Positions 25,418 to 37,931 of a stretch of DNA of 64,000 bases are shown here, one piece after another (the first letter of the stretch is position 1; every line of letters begins with the position of its first letter). A model generated the notes under the pieces. The model searched no databases and was not told the DNA's origin. It was given only the letters and a program-made list of their open reading frames with translations. The DNA is from Patescibacteria group bacterium (lineage in GTDB: Bacteria; Patescibacteriota; Doudnabacteria; UBA920). The position numbers and the translations under genes are program-made. Where the stretch lies: NCBI GenBank assembly GCA_023484515.1, contig JAMDAY010000030.1, positions 1,320 through 65,319 of the forward strand, written 5' to 3'.

Positions 25418-25639
25418 ATGTTGTTGCGCGTCAGCTTAGTTAAGGACAAAAACGGGACATATTATTTGTGGATGAGTTTTCCCAAGTATAAAAATGCTCC
25501 GGCGCAGGAAACCGCAATTATATCCCACACTGCTCATATGGACCCCGAAAACAGCCAGGAGATCTTAGAAGGGCTGGTAAAAAAGGTCAAGGAGGAAGCG
25601 GCCAGACAAGGCATAACGCAAATTGTCGGTTTGGAATAA
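25418..25639 (+). CDS. hypothetical small protein
   Basis: A 73-aa ORF followed directly by a strong terminator hairpin. Confidence 0.35.
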   Translation: MLLRVSLVKDKNGTYYLWMSFPKYKNAPAQETAIISHTAHMDPENSQEILEGLVKKVKEEAARQGITQIVGLE

Positions 25640-25650
25640 CAAAGCCAAGC

Positions 25651-25687
25651 CAGGGACGGATGCGACAAAGCCCGTCCCTTTTTTTAA
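25651..25687. terminator. bidirectional Rho-independent terminator between convergent genes
   Basis: The sequence agggacgg-atgcgacaaagc-ccgtccct forms a hairpin followed by ttttttt. Confidence 0.8.
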
Positions 25688-25708
25688 AGACAAAAGCTGT
25701 TTGTTTTT

Positions 25709-26320
25709 TTATTTTAGTAGGGATTGCAAATTCGCAATTATCCCGTCAGTAATTTCCCATTCGTAAATGTCAGTGTTGGCAATGTCTTTTTCCGTTTTCA
25801 GGCCGCGGTAAATGCGGGGGATTTCCGGGAAATGGAACAGGATGAGGCGGATAACGCCATTGTGGGTAATAATGCCAATGTTTTTGTCCGGAAAGTTGGC
25901 GATTAAATCCAAAATAGCGCTGACCGAACGCTGCCTGACGTCTTCCACCGATTCCCCGCCGAACGGCCGGTAGTCATATTCCTGGAGGCGCTCCAGTTCG
26001 CGGTGGTTGGGCAGCGTTTTGTCCCAATAATCCAGCGGATGGCCGGTTAAGCTGCCAAAGTCCCGTTCGCGCAGCCGGAAATCATGCACGACTTGGACGG
26101 GTTTTTCCAGTTTTTGGTTAATTAAAGCCACGCTCTCCTCGGCGCGGTGCAAGTGGGAAGTTACCAGCAAATCCAGTTTAAGCTGCTTAATTACGGGAAT
26201 GATTTTTTCCATTTGCAGCACGCCCTGCGTGTCCAAATAGTCGTCTATTTGTATGCCCTGGCGGATTTTTTTTACGTTGCTCGGCGTTTCCCCGTGGCGG
26301 ATAAAGTATATGGTAGGCAT
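25709..26320 (-). CDS. histidine phosphatase family protein (phosphoglycerate mutase-like)
   Basis: The sequence MPTIYFIRHGETPSN matches the RHG catalytic motif. A conserved His lies downstream (TSHLHRAEES). Confidence 0.8.
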   Translation of the reverse strand: MPTIYFIRHGETPSNVKKIRQGIQIDDYLDTQGVLQMEKIIPVIKQLKLDLLVTSHLHRAEESVALINQKLEKPVQVVHDFRLRERDFGSLTGHPLDYWDKTLPNHRELERLQEYDYRPFGGESVEDVRQRSVSAILDLIANFPDKNIGIITHNGVIRLILFHFPEIPRIYRGLKTEKDIANTDIYEWEITDGIIANLQSLLK

Positions 26321-26350
26321 CTTTAGTTAATATTTGGGATTGATTTATGT

Positions 26351-26731
26351 CTACCTCGCGGTCGCACTCTTGCGCCTTCGCGGTTTTGCAGATTTTTTCC
26401 CCGGCTTATCCAGTTCTTTGGAAATCCTGTTCCAATGGCCTTTAAGTTCCGCAGCCATGGCAGCCAGCTCGTCTGCGGGAATGTGCTTGTATTTTTGGTA
26501 TTTGCCGACCACCTGGTCCACTACTCCCGCATACGTATCCTGGCTGACTTCTTTTAGATTTTCCAGGCGTTCCATTACCTCGCCTTGGGCTTTTACCGCC
26601 CAGCTTTTAAGCTGCCTGCGATGCTTGGGCGCTTTTTTGCTGCCGTAAAAATAGTAAGCTCCGGCTGCCGCGGCCAGCAAAGCGGCCAGCCCCAAACCCG
26701 CGCCCATTTTTTTATTATTTTCTTTAGCCAT
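26351..26731 (-). CDS. small membrane-anchored protein (YtxH-like)
   Basis: An N-terminal TM helix (GAGLGLAALLAAAAGAYYFY) is followed by a charged helical tail. Confidence 0.4.
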   Translation of the reverse strand: MAKENNKKMGAGLGLAALLAAAAGAYYFYGSKKAPKHRRQLKSWAVKAQGEVMERLENLKEVSQDTYAGVVDQVVGKYQKYKHIPADELAAMAAELKGHWNRISKELDKPGKKSAKPRRRKSATAR

Positions 26732-26833
26732 AGGTTCTCCTTTTTAAATTAATTGTATTTATTTACTCCCCGGCTTGCTTGCCCGCCTTTGGCGGAAAAG
26801 CTCGCCTAACGCCTGCAAATAAATACAATTAAT

Positions 26834-27097
26834 TTATTTCTTGCTTTTTTTATAGACGTTATGGAAAAAGCTGGAAAAATATTTCAGCTTGGCGCCTTTT
26901 TCCCTGACATTTTCTCGCAGTTCGGAAAGTTCGCCGCTAATTATATCCGTTTCAGTTTTGGCTTTGCGGGTAATATACTTTACATCGCGCAAAATCTTTA
27001 TTATATAAATGGATGCGGCTATGACGATAATTGTAACTACTGCCACCGCAATGGTGGTAATGAAGAAAAATACGTCCTGCTTGTAAAAAGGGTCCAT
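26834..27097 (-). CDS. small membrane protein (DUF948-like)
   Basis: An 87-aa protein with one TM helix and a charged C-terminus. Confidence 0.4.
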   Translation of the reverse strand: MDPFYKQDVFFFITTIAVAVVTIIVIAASIYIIKILRDVKYITRKAKTETDIISGELSELRENVREKGAKLKYFSSFFHNVYKKSKK

Positions 27098-27304
27098 TGG
27101 GTTTGAAGTTATTTGTGACTGTTGTAATTATACCACATTATAATAAATGACGGGGAAATATAAGGATATTTACAAATACCAAATATCAAATTTCAAATTT
27201 CCAATAAATGTCCAATGTCCAAATTTCAAACTACTGCAATCTTTTGACCGTTTGATATCCTAATTTTAAAATTTATTTGAAATTTGATATTTGTAATTTG
27301 AAAT

Positions 27305-27844
27305 TTAACTTCCGTACCTCCGGAACAATTCTTCCAGAATGTTTTGGTACTGCTGGCGCACATTGGGGTCTGTCCCGACTTCCAGGACTTCGTCGTTCAA
27401 ATTGGTGGCGGCCGATGTCCAGTTAAAGCTGCCCGAGGCGTAAGCCTTTTCCGTGACCAAAACTTTCATATGCATAATGGCCGAATGGTCCTGTTCGTAA
27501 ACCGGAATGCCGGCGTCCTTAAGCTCCTGAAAAATTTTAGTTTGCAATTCCGTGCTTTTATCTTGATTTCTATCCATAATCCCTTTTACTTCTAGCCCCC
27601 GGTATTTTGCCGCCAGCAGCGCGTCTTTTATGTCGTTCCTGGTAAACGTATAAACCGCGAAATATACAAATTTGTCAGCGTCCCTAATCCGGCTGATTAT
27701 TTCCTTGTTCAATTCGCGGTCCTGGTTGTAGTAAACGCTAATTTGTCGCTGCGGCTGGTAGCGGTAAGTGTAATAGAATTGGGCGGCAACGCCCGCCAAA
27801 ACAATTATCACAGCCAGGTAAATTAAATCTTTTTTGTTTTTCAT
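27305..27844 (-). CDS. phospholipase D-like (Nuc-family HKD) domain protein with N-terminal TM anchor
   Basis: The HKD-type motif is HMKVLVTEKAYASGSFNWT (HxK ... GSxN). Confidence 0.7.
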   Translation of the reverse strand: MKNKKDLIYLAVIIVLAGVAAQFYYTYRYQPQRQISVYYNQDRELNKEIISRIRDADKFVYFAVYTFTRNDIKDALLAAKYRGLEVKGIMDRNQDKSTELQTKIFQELKDAGIPVYEQDHSAIMHMKVLVTEKAYASGSFNWTSAATNLNDEVLEVGTDPNVRQQYQNILEELFRRYGS

Positions 27845-27852
27845 TTTGAAGG

Positions 27853-28284
27853 TTATAGGAATTTTTTAATTTCTTTGTTTGTTTCCCGCTTTTTTATATA
27901 TTCCCGCTTGTCGATTTTTTTACGCGCCTTGCCCAGGCCGATTTTAATTTTAACCAAACCGCGGTTGGCGGTAAAAATTTCCAAAGGCACAATGACCAGG
28001 CCTTTTTCCTTGCCCAATAACTGGTTTATTTCTTGCCGGTTTAAAAGCAGCTGCCGCGTAGCCGTGGGGTTGTATTTTTCGTTTGGCGCGTACTTGTAAG
28101 GTCCGATGTGGCAGTTAATTAAACTGACCTGGGCGGGGGATACGGTTACATAACTGCCGGTTAAGGACACGTTGCCGTTTTTGACGGATTTAACTTCCGG
28201 TCCGCTTAAGACCATGCCGGCCTGGAAGGTATTTTTTATGTCGTAATCAAAATTCGCGCGCTGGTTTTTTGCCAATATTTTCAT
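27853..28284 (-). CDS. smpB: SsrA-binding protein SmpB
   Basis: The N-terminus (KNQRANFDYDI) and the lysine-rich C-terminal tail (GLGKARKKIDKREYIKKRE) match the SmpB family along the protein length. Confidence 0.85.
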   Translation of the reverse strand: MKILAKNQRANFDYDIKNTFQAGMVLSGPEVKSVKNGNVSLTGSYVTVSPAQVSLINCHIGPYKYAPNEKYNPTATRQLLLNRQEINQLLGKEKGLVIVPLEIFTANRGLVKIKIGLGKARKKIDKREYIKKRETNKEIKKFL

Positions 28285-28466
28285 GGCTTAATTTTACCAT
28301 TTTTTTGCCGTTTGGCATACTTGTTTTATTGCTGCTCGGCCGAGCAGCAATAAAAAATTAGTTAGAACAATAAGTTAAAGGAAGATAGAGTTGAAAATAG
28401 CTATGGTTTGGCTTAAGGCGATGTTTCACTTTTTTATATGTTTTATGCTATAATAACGGTATCTTT

Positions 28467-30218
28467 ATGAATAGTGAAACAACCAAAATTTATCTGACTG
28501 ACTTATTGCTTCAGGCTTTTAACAATCTTGGATTTAATACAGAGGGTCTGAGTTTAAAAATTACGGTGCCGGAACAGGAGTTCGGGGATTATGCCGCTAA
28601 CGCGGCCCTGGTTTTGGCCAAAAAGCTCAAACTTGATCCGCAGGAGGTTGCCGGGCAGGTTGTTGCGGAGTTCGTTAAGCTGGACGAGGCAAAAGTTTTC
28701 CAGGAGGCGTACCAAGCCAAGGGGTTCGTAAATTTCCGGTTGTCACCAAAATCTTTGGTGGAAAACGTGTACCGGATCTTGAACGAAAAAGACAATTTCG
28801 GAAAATCCAAGTTAGGCGAAAACAAGACCGTGGTAGTGGAATATTTCCAGAACAATGTGGCCAAGCCGCCCCACGTAGGACATTTAAGGTCAGCCGTGGT
28901 CGGCGATTCTTTGCTTAGGATTTTCCGCTTTTTGGGTTTCCACGCCATGTCAGACACCCATATTGGCGACTGGGGCACGCAGTTTGGGATTCTAATTTTG
29001 GGATATAAAACGTTTGGAAATAAAACAACAGTGGAAAAAGATCCAATTTTTGAGCTGAATAAAATTTATGTGGAAATGAGCAGCCGGATAGAACAGAATC
29101 CGGAATTGCGCGAACAAGCCAAACAGGAGTTTGCCAAATTGGAAAAGGGCGACGCGGAAAACCGCAAATTATGGCAGTGGTTTGTTATGGAATCGGTGGT
29201 GGACTTTGAACATTACCGCAGGCTATTGGAATTACTGTCTTTTGACCATAACCTGGGAGAAAGCTTTTACGAGGACAAGATGCCGGCAGTAATGGAAGCG
29301 CTAAGGGCCAAGCGTTTAGCGCTAAGAGGAGAAACCGGAGAGGAATATGTAGATCTTGAACAATATGGGTTAGGCAGATGCATTCTAGTTAAATCAGACG
29401 GCGCCACAACCTATCACCTTCGCGATTTTGCCACTTACATTTTCCGCAAAGGGCAATTTGATTTTTACAAAAATATTTACGTGGTGGACAACCGCCAGGC
29501 GCACCACTTTAAGCAGCTTTTTAAAGTGCTGGAATTAATGGGCTATCCGGCGGAACGCGACAGTGTGCACGTTGACTTGGGTTTTATGAGCCTGCCCGAA
29601 GGGCCAATTTCCACGCGCAAAGGAAATATTATTAGCCTGCAAAACCTGGTTGACGAGGCGGAGAAACGCGCAATAAAAATTATAGAAGAAAAAAATCCCG
29701 GCTTGGCCAATAAATCGGCCGTAGCCAAAATGGTGGCCTTGGCGGCCATTAAGTATTTTGATTTGTCTCATAACCGCAAAACTGAATTTACGTTTACCTG
29801 GGAAAATGCCTTGTCATTTGAAGGCAACACCGGCCCGTATCTTCAATATTCCCATGCCAGAATCCATGGAATATTGAAGAAATTCCAAATTACAAATTCC
29901 AAATTACAAATAAATTTGCAGACAAATCTTAAATCTGAAATCTTAAATCTTAAATCCGAAGAGCTCTCCGTCCTCCGCAAGCTTTACCAATTCCCCTTGG
30001 TGTTGGAACAGGCGGCGCAGGATTACTTGCCGAACTTGTTGTGCAATTATTTGTTTGAATTGTCCCAAAATTTTAACGCGTTTTACCAGGAAGTTCCCGT
30101 GCTCCAGGAAAAAGATTCTCAATTAAAATTATTCCGCCTTAATTTAATCACCGCCACCGCGCAAGTAATCAAGAACGGGTTGTATTTATTGGGGATTGAG
30201 GCGCCGGAGGAGATGTAG
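28467..30218 (+). CDS. argS: arginyl-tRNA synthetase, with a low-complexity in-frame insertion near the anticodon-binding region
   Basis: The protein has a class I HIGH-like motif (PPHVGHLRSA), a size of 583 aa and N-terminal Add-1-like features. A simple-sequence insertion lies at 29874-29950. Confidence 0.8.
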   Translation: MNSETTKIYLTDLLLQAFNNLGFNTEGLSLKITVPEQEFGDYAANAALVLAKKLKLDPQEVAGQVVAEFVKLDEAKVFQEAYQAKGFVNFRLSPKSLVENVYRILNEKDNFGKSKLGENKTVVVEYFQNNVAKPPHVGHLRSAVVGDSLLRIFRFLGFHAMSDTHIGDWGTQFGILILGYKTFGNKTTVEKDPIFELNKIYVEMSSRIEQNPELREQAKQEFAKLEKGDAENRKLWQWFVMESVVDFEHYRRLLELLSFDHNLGESFYEDKMPAVMEALRAKRLALRGETGEEYVDLEQYGLGRCILVKSDGATTYHLRDFATYIFRKGQFDFYKNIYVVDNRQAHHFKQLFKVLELMGYPAERDSVHVDLGFMSLPEGPISTRKGNIISLQNLVDEAEKRAIKIIEEKNPGLANKSAVAKMVALAAIKYFDLSHNRKTEFTFTWENALSFEGNTGPYLQYSHARIHGILKKFQITNSKLQINLQTNLKSEILNLKSEELSVLRKLYQFPLVLEQAAQDYLPNLLCNYLFELSQNFNAFYQEVPVLQEKDSQLKLFRLNLITATAQVIKNGLYLLGIEAPEEM

Positions 30219-30259
30219 AACCGCTGATTACACGCAGATAGCTACGCTGATAAAAATGT

Positions 30260-30664
30260 ATGGATTACCAATTTCATCACATTGCAATATCGGTCAGCGA
30301 TTTGGAAAAGTCATCTCATTGGTATAAAGAGATGTTCGGCTTTGAGGAACTAGGAATTTTTGAGAGAAAAGATCTCGATGTTAGATTTAAGCATTTAAAG
30401 TTAGGGAGTTTGATTCTAGAAATTTTCCAATCTAATAATTTCCAAAGCCTGCCGGAGTATCGAAAAGAATTAAAAGATGATTTGGCCGTTGTTGGCGTAA
30501 AGCATTTCGGCATAGGCGTGAAAGACGCGCAGAATGCTTATTTGGATTTAAAGGGGAAAGGTGTGGAATTCACGACCGAATTGCTGACAGGCGCCAGTGG
30601 CATGAATTACGCGTTTTTAAAAGATCCCGATGGTATATTAATTGAATTATCGGAATTAAGGTAA
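30260..30664 (+). CDS. VOC family protein (glyoxalase/bleomycin-resistance fold)
   Basis: The sequences HHIAISVSDLEKSSHWYKEMFGFEE and GILIELSE fit the VOC paired beta-alpha-beta-beta-beta fold pattern. Confidence 0.7.
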   Translation: MDYQFHHIAISVSDLEKSSHWYKEMFGFEELGIFERKDLDVRFKHLKLGSLILEIFQSNNFQSLPEYRKELKDDLAVVGVKHFGIGVKDAQNAYLDLKGKGVEFTTELLTGASGMNYAFLKDPDGILIELSELR

Positions 30665-30904
30665 TATGCAATTTTATCCGAAAGTGGGAAAAATTCCAAT
30701 GGATGCTTGACCGCATGTCATCAAAACAGGCGAAGGAACTGGCCACGCCAATGTATAATGAAGCAATTAAAAAATTAGGATACTAATATGCCGGAAAATA
30801 ATGTAGAGCGGAAAGAATTAAATTTTCAAAGACCTGATTTTAGACAAATTTTTAACCAGCGTCTGACAAAGCCCGAAGAAGATCGGGATTACTCCGTATA
30901 GCCT

Positions 30905-31342
30905 TTGCTTAAAGGTTTGGACAAGATGGGGATAAAAGATGTCAAGAAAGTAGCTTATGCTTCGATATTCGAAAAAAATGACGAAAGTCCGTTAAATATT
31001 TGGATTCAAATGGAACAAGATGCTGACTGGAATTATCCTCATATGGATACGGAGGATAAACTGGATGATCTTATAAAAGAACATAAACAGGAATTTCCCG
31101 AAGGGATTTATAAAAGAATGCGGGCAATGGTTTTACAAGATGCCCAAGGTTCAAATTATTTGTTGGTTAGCGAAGGAACTGGGGAATTAATCAACTTACA
31201 AAAAACTTACTCGGCAACAGATGATTTTAACAAGAAGAGATTTCAGAGATTTTTAAAGCTATTGGAGGAATATAAGATTGATAAAGTGATAGCTAAGGGT
31301 GCAGCTAATGAAGAGGAAAAACAAATGGTTTATGGCAAGTAA
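30905..31342 (+). CDS. hypothetical protein (alternative start 30926)
   Basis: A 138-145-aa acidic ORF with no recognisable motif. Confidence 0.4.
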   Translation: MLKGLDKMGIKDVKKVAYASIFEKNDESPLNIWIQMEQDADWNYPHMDTEDKLDDLIKEHKQEFPEGIYKRMRAMVLQDAQGSNYLLVSEGTGELINLQKTYSATDDFNKKRFQRFLKLLEEYKIDKVIAKGAANEEEKQMVYGK

Positions 31343-31616
31343 GAATATTCTTTTAATCAGTGATGATGTATTAGAAGAATTGACTGAATACAGGCACTTG
31401 CTGGGTTTTGCAGAAAAATATAGAATGAATAATACTCAATTTTTAAGGTTTATGTCCCTTGCACAGAGTTCATCTGAGGCGACTAAACAACAATTAAGGC
31501 AACCAAAGCCGAAATCGGGCAGGAGAAGTTTATATAGCAAATTAAATTTTATTTTTGATTTAGATCAATTAGCTCGGGATATAGTTTCCGGGCAGATTCC
31601 CGAAGGGAAGATATAA
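31332..31616 (+). CDS. hypothetical small protein
   Basis: The ORF begins MASKNILLISDDVLEEL and overlaps the stop of the upstream ORF. Confidence 0.35.
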   Translation: MASKNILLISDDVLEELTEYRHLLGFAEKYRMNNTQFLRFMSLAQSSSEATKQQLRQPKPKSGRRSLYSKLNFIFDLDQLARDIVSGQIPEGKI

Positions 31617-31619
31617 AAT

Positions 31620-34715
<3,096 letters not shown>

Positions 34716-34980
34716 TCTTTACGGAATACGGATAATTACGGATATACGGTTTTAGAGATGCTTGATCCTTTCCGGCAGTATTGGGTGATGACGCACATCT
34801 GGGACAATCTTCCTTAAGTCTGGTTAATGATGGTTATTATCCGGTAATCTAAAGACCACTTATCCCAGATGTGCGTCATCACTGCCTCTAAAGTCAGGTT
34901 GATAATGATCAATGCCTGGCAATCTCAAGTCTGCTTATCCCTCTTCACACTTTATCCGTATAATCCGTATTCCGTAAAGC
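34716..34980. mobile_element. gene-less MITE-like element filling the ileS-recO intergenic space
   Basis: The terminal inverted repeats are ctttacggaatacggat at 34717-34749 and, reverse-complemented, at 34949-34972. An internal perfect 19-bp inverted repeat tgatgacgcacatctggga lies at 34789-34807, with its complement at 34863-34881. The TIR sequence matches that flanking the GxxExxY gene at 55086/55512. Confidence 0.7.
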
Positions 34981-34981
34981 T

Positions 34982-35734
34982 ATGCCGCGGGAAATTATTT
35001 ACAACGCCATAATCCTCAAGAAGCAGCCGTTTGGGGAAGCGGACGAAATGGTGACTGCTTTTACCAGGGAAGCGGGGAAGATCCGCGCCGTGGCTAAGTC
35101 TTCCAAATACAGCAAAAGCAAGCTGCAGTATCTCCTGCAGCCGCTTTTTTATGACAAGCTCAACGTGGTATCGGCCATGCGCATTCCCCGCATTATCGGC
35201 GGGGAAGTGCGGAAACCTTTCGCTAAAATCCGCGAAAGCCTGGAAGCTTCCAAAAAGGCGTTTTATGCCTTGGAGGCAACGCTTAAATTTACGGCTGACG
35301 AGCATAAAAACGAAACCTTGTTTTCCCTGTTGGACGATTATTTTGATTTTTTAAACAAAACCTGCCAAGACAACCAAATGCTTGGTTTGGGTTTGGCCAA
35401 GTTTAAAATAAATTTTTTGCAAAGCGCGGGGTTGTCCGTGCACTCTCAAACAACCCAAGAAAAGCAATATGTGGGTTTTAGCATCAGGCGCGGCGGTTTT
35501 GTGTCCAATGGTAATTCGGCCGACGCCCGCCCCGTGCCGCTTGAAACATTTAACCTATTTTTGCGCCTGCAATCCCTAAGCTTTTCCCGGCTGCGGGAAG
35601 AGGCCGGAAGCATGCTGGAAATTCGCCGGCGGGGCTTGCCCGTTTTGCAAGCCCTGCTGACGGAATTTTTAACTTTTCATTTGGAACGGGACATTAAGTC
35701 GGAAAAATTCCTAAACGGCGAAGGTGTGGTATAA
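34982..35734 (+). CDS. recO: DNA repair protein RecO
   Basis: The N-terminus (IIYNAIILKKQPFGEADEMVTAFTREAGKIRAVAKSSKYSKSK) matches the RecO OB-fold N-terminus. The protein is 250 aa long. Confidence 0.75.
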   Translation: MPREIIYNAIILKKQPFGEADEMVTAFTREAGKIRAVAKSSKYSKSKLQYLLQPLFYDKLNVVSAMRIPRIIGGEVRKPFAKIRESLEASKKAFYALEATLKFTADEHKNETLFSLLDDYFDFLNKTCQDNQMLGLGLAKFKINFLQSAGLSVHSQTTQEKQYVGFSIRRGGFVSNGNSADARPVPLETFNLFLRLQSLSFSRLREEAGSMLEIRRRGLPVLQALLTEFLTFHLERDIKSEKFLNGEGVV

Positions 35735-35951
35735 TAACGGTAACTGATATAGAGGCTGTCTAAAAACTCCATTTGGGCTGCAATTGCAAAATTTCGGCCA
35801 TTTGGGCCAAAAAATTTCTCCGCTTAGCCTACGGCTAAACATCAAAATTTATTTGGCAATCTTAAAGTAAAATAATCCTCGAAGGCGCCCTTTATTTGCA
35901 TCCTGTCGCTCCCTTGCGAGTGGCATTGGCAAAAATTAAATAAAAATATTT

Positions 35952-37817
35952 ATGGATCCAATGCAAAATGAGTCAGGTAACGGACCGGACAACAAAGTTC
36001 CCGATTTTACTCCAAAACCCGTGGAACAGCCGTTTTTGAGCAGCAGGGAAAAGGATAAATTAACCGGTTCAAATGCTGCCAAGCCCCCGGGAGGGTTTAA
36101 AAATTTTTACCGCGCCAACCGGCTATATTTTTGGGCAATTGCGGCCGGTTTGGTAATTATTGGCGCTTTGGCTTTTTTAATTTTCCGCAAGCCCGCCCCA
36201 ACAACGGTAAAAGAAGCCAATGTCAACGTAACGGTAGATACGCCGGACACGGTCCCCAGCGGCGGGGAAATTTTGTATAAGATTAAAATAGACAACCAGG
36301 ACCCGTCCAAGCTGATCAGCATGTCCCTGGAGCTGGCATATCCCGAAGGCGTAACTTATCTGAACAGCACCCCGCCGGCCGGCAACTTGTCGGGCAGCCT
36401 GTTCACTGTGCCGGATTTGGTTTCGGGGCAGAACGCGACAGTATTCGTTAAGGCCAGGGCCACCGGCAATGTCAATGACGCCAAAAAGCTGACGGTAACT
36501 TTGCATTATAAGTTCAGCAATTTTAACTCCGAGTTCACCAAAACCGCGGACAGAACCGTGCGATTAGTGGCTTCCAACATCCTGTTGGAACTGTCCGGGC
36601 CGGTTACCACCAACAATGCCCAATTGGTCATGTATACCGTAAAATACGGCAATAGCGCCGACGCGGACATAAAAAACGCGCGGATCCAAATGGATTATCC
36701 CGACGGGTTTAACTTTGCCCAGGCCGACCCGCGGCCCGACATGGGAAATAACATTTGGAACGTAGGCAATTTGCCTAAGGGTGCGCAAGGCAGCATTCAA
36801 ATTCAGGGAACGTTCCGCTCCGCCTCTCCCGGAGAAAGCCGGATCGCCACGGCCGAACTGCAGGTATTGGGAACTGACGGACAGTATTACAAACAAAATG
36901 AATCTAACTTTACTACTGCCATTGCCAGTTTGCCGCTGCTGGTAACCCAGGAGGTAAGGCAGGCAGGGAATAATCCGGATAGTGCGGTTAACCCGGGCGA
37001 AACGTTAATTTATGACATCAAATACCAAAATAACGCGGCTACGGCGGCAACCGGGGTGAATGTTACCGTGACCCTTGCCTCCAAGGCCTTGGATTTGGCC
37101 ACTTTGCGCGCGGAAGGAGGGCAAATTAACAACAACACCATAACCTGGAACGAGTCTTCGGTTTCCAATTTGGGCAGCCTCTTGCCCAATGAGTCCGGCA
37201 ATTTAAGTTTTTCGGTGCGGGTAAAAAATCCCGCTACCAGGGATTCTTCCAAAAATTTGGACGTGGCCAGCAGCGTCAAAATTAAAGCCAACGAATACGA
37301 GTCATTTTTCCCGGGGAATGAATTGAATTTGAAAATTTCCAGCCCGGCTTCGCTTTCTTCCGCCTTAAGTTTTTTAAGCGGCAGTTTGCCGCCTACGGTC
37401 GGCCAGGCCACGGTTTATAAGGTTATTTTGTCCCTGTCCAATTCCACTAATGATTTTACCAACGGCACATTGACCGCTTATATCCCGCTGGGCGCCGGCG
37501 GTTTTGTGGAAAACAGCGTCAGCGGGGCCGAAGCCGGAAACGCAAGTTACGACGCGTCTACCGGCAAGCTGACCTGGAATTTCGGCAGCTTGCCCGCGCA
37601 TACCGGCCAGTTTACCAAAGCCAAGGCGCTGGAATTTAACGTTCGCATTATCCCGGCCGCGGCCCAGGCTAACACCAGCCCCGTCCTGGTAAAAAATATC
37701 AGCGCTACGGCCAAGGATTCCTTTACCGGCCAGGACATAAGCATTTCCGCAGACGACTTGACCACCTCGGACATATCCGGCAGCTATGGCTGGGACAGCG
37801 GCCAGGTGCGGGAGTAG
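35952..37817 (+). CDS. cell-surface protein with DUF11/CARDB-like repeat domains and an N-terminal TM anchor
   Basis: A TM helix (FWAIAAGLVIIGALAFLIF) is followed by repeated domains of about 100 aa each (ILYKIKIDNQD..., LVMYTVKYGNS..., TLIYDIKYQNN..., TVYKVILSLSN...). Confidence 0.6.
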   Translation: MDPMQNESGNGPDNKVPDFTPKPVEQPFLSSREKDKLTGSNAAKPPGGFKNFYRANRLYFWAIAAGLVIIGALAFLIFRKPAPTTVKEANVNVTVDTPDTVPSGGEILYKIKIDNQDPSKLISMSLELAYPEGVTYLNSTPPAGNLSGSLFTVPDLVSGQNATVFVKARATGNVNDAKKLTVTLHYKFSNFNSEFTKTADRTVRLVASNILLELSGPVTTNNAQLVMYTVKYGNSADADIKNARIQMDYPDGFNFAQADPRPDMGNNIWNVGNLPKGAQGSIQIQGTFRSASPGESRIATAELQVLGTDGQYYKQNESNFTTAIASLPLLVTQEVRQAGNNPDSAVNPGETLIYDIKYQNNAATAATGVNVTVTLASKALDLATLRAEGGQINNNTITWNESSVSNLGSLLPNESGNLSFSVRVKNPATRDSSKNLDVASSVKIKANEYESFFPGNELNLKISSPASLSSALSFLSGSLPPTVGQATVYKVILSLSNSTNDFTNGTLTAYIPLGAGGFVENSVSGAEAGNASYDASTGKLTWNFGSLPAHTGQFTKAKALEFNVRIIPAAAQANTSPVLVKNISATAKDSFTGQDISISADDLTTSDISGSYGWDSGQVRE

Positions 37818-37870
37818 GGGGATTGACAAGAATGAACATGATTGACATGATTGACAAGAATGACAAAAAT

Positions 37871-37931
37871 AAAAATCCGGCAAATTTTGTCTGCATAAGG
37901 TGCTCTTTGGGACAAAATTTGCCGGATTTTT
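37871..37931. terminator. bidirectional terminator hairpin (18-bp perfect stem)
   Basis: The 18-bp stem aatccggcaaattttgtc pairs with gacaaaatttgccggatt around a 22-nt loop, with flanking T/A runs. It lies between convergent genes. Confidence 0.75.

Noticed and set aside
24400-25420. Checked the GC-rich island for RNase P RNA (GGAAAGUCCGGGCUCC P4 signature), tmRNA and a group II intron domain V
   Set aside because: None of the signature motifs was found by eye. The region is left as an unexplained non-coding island.
24706-25443. Overlapping ORFs on both strands in the GC-rich island
   Set aside because: They are mutually overlapping and composition-driven, with no motifs. None was reported as a CDS.
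30717-30901. Two tiny ORFs (23 and 37 aa) between the VOC gene and 30905
   Set aside because: They are too short and unsupported. They may be leader peptides, but there is no evidence.
37826-37870. Fourfold TTGACA-containing repeat (gattgacaagaatga ...) after the surface-protein gene
   Set aside because: It looks like a short tandem duplication between a stop codon and the terminator. There is no downstream gene in the right orientation for it to act as stacked -35 boxes.
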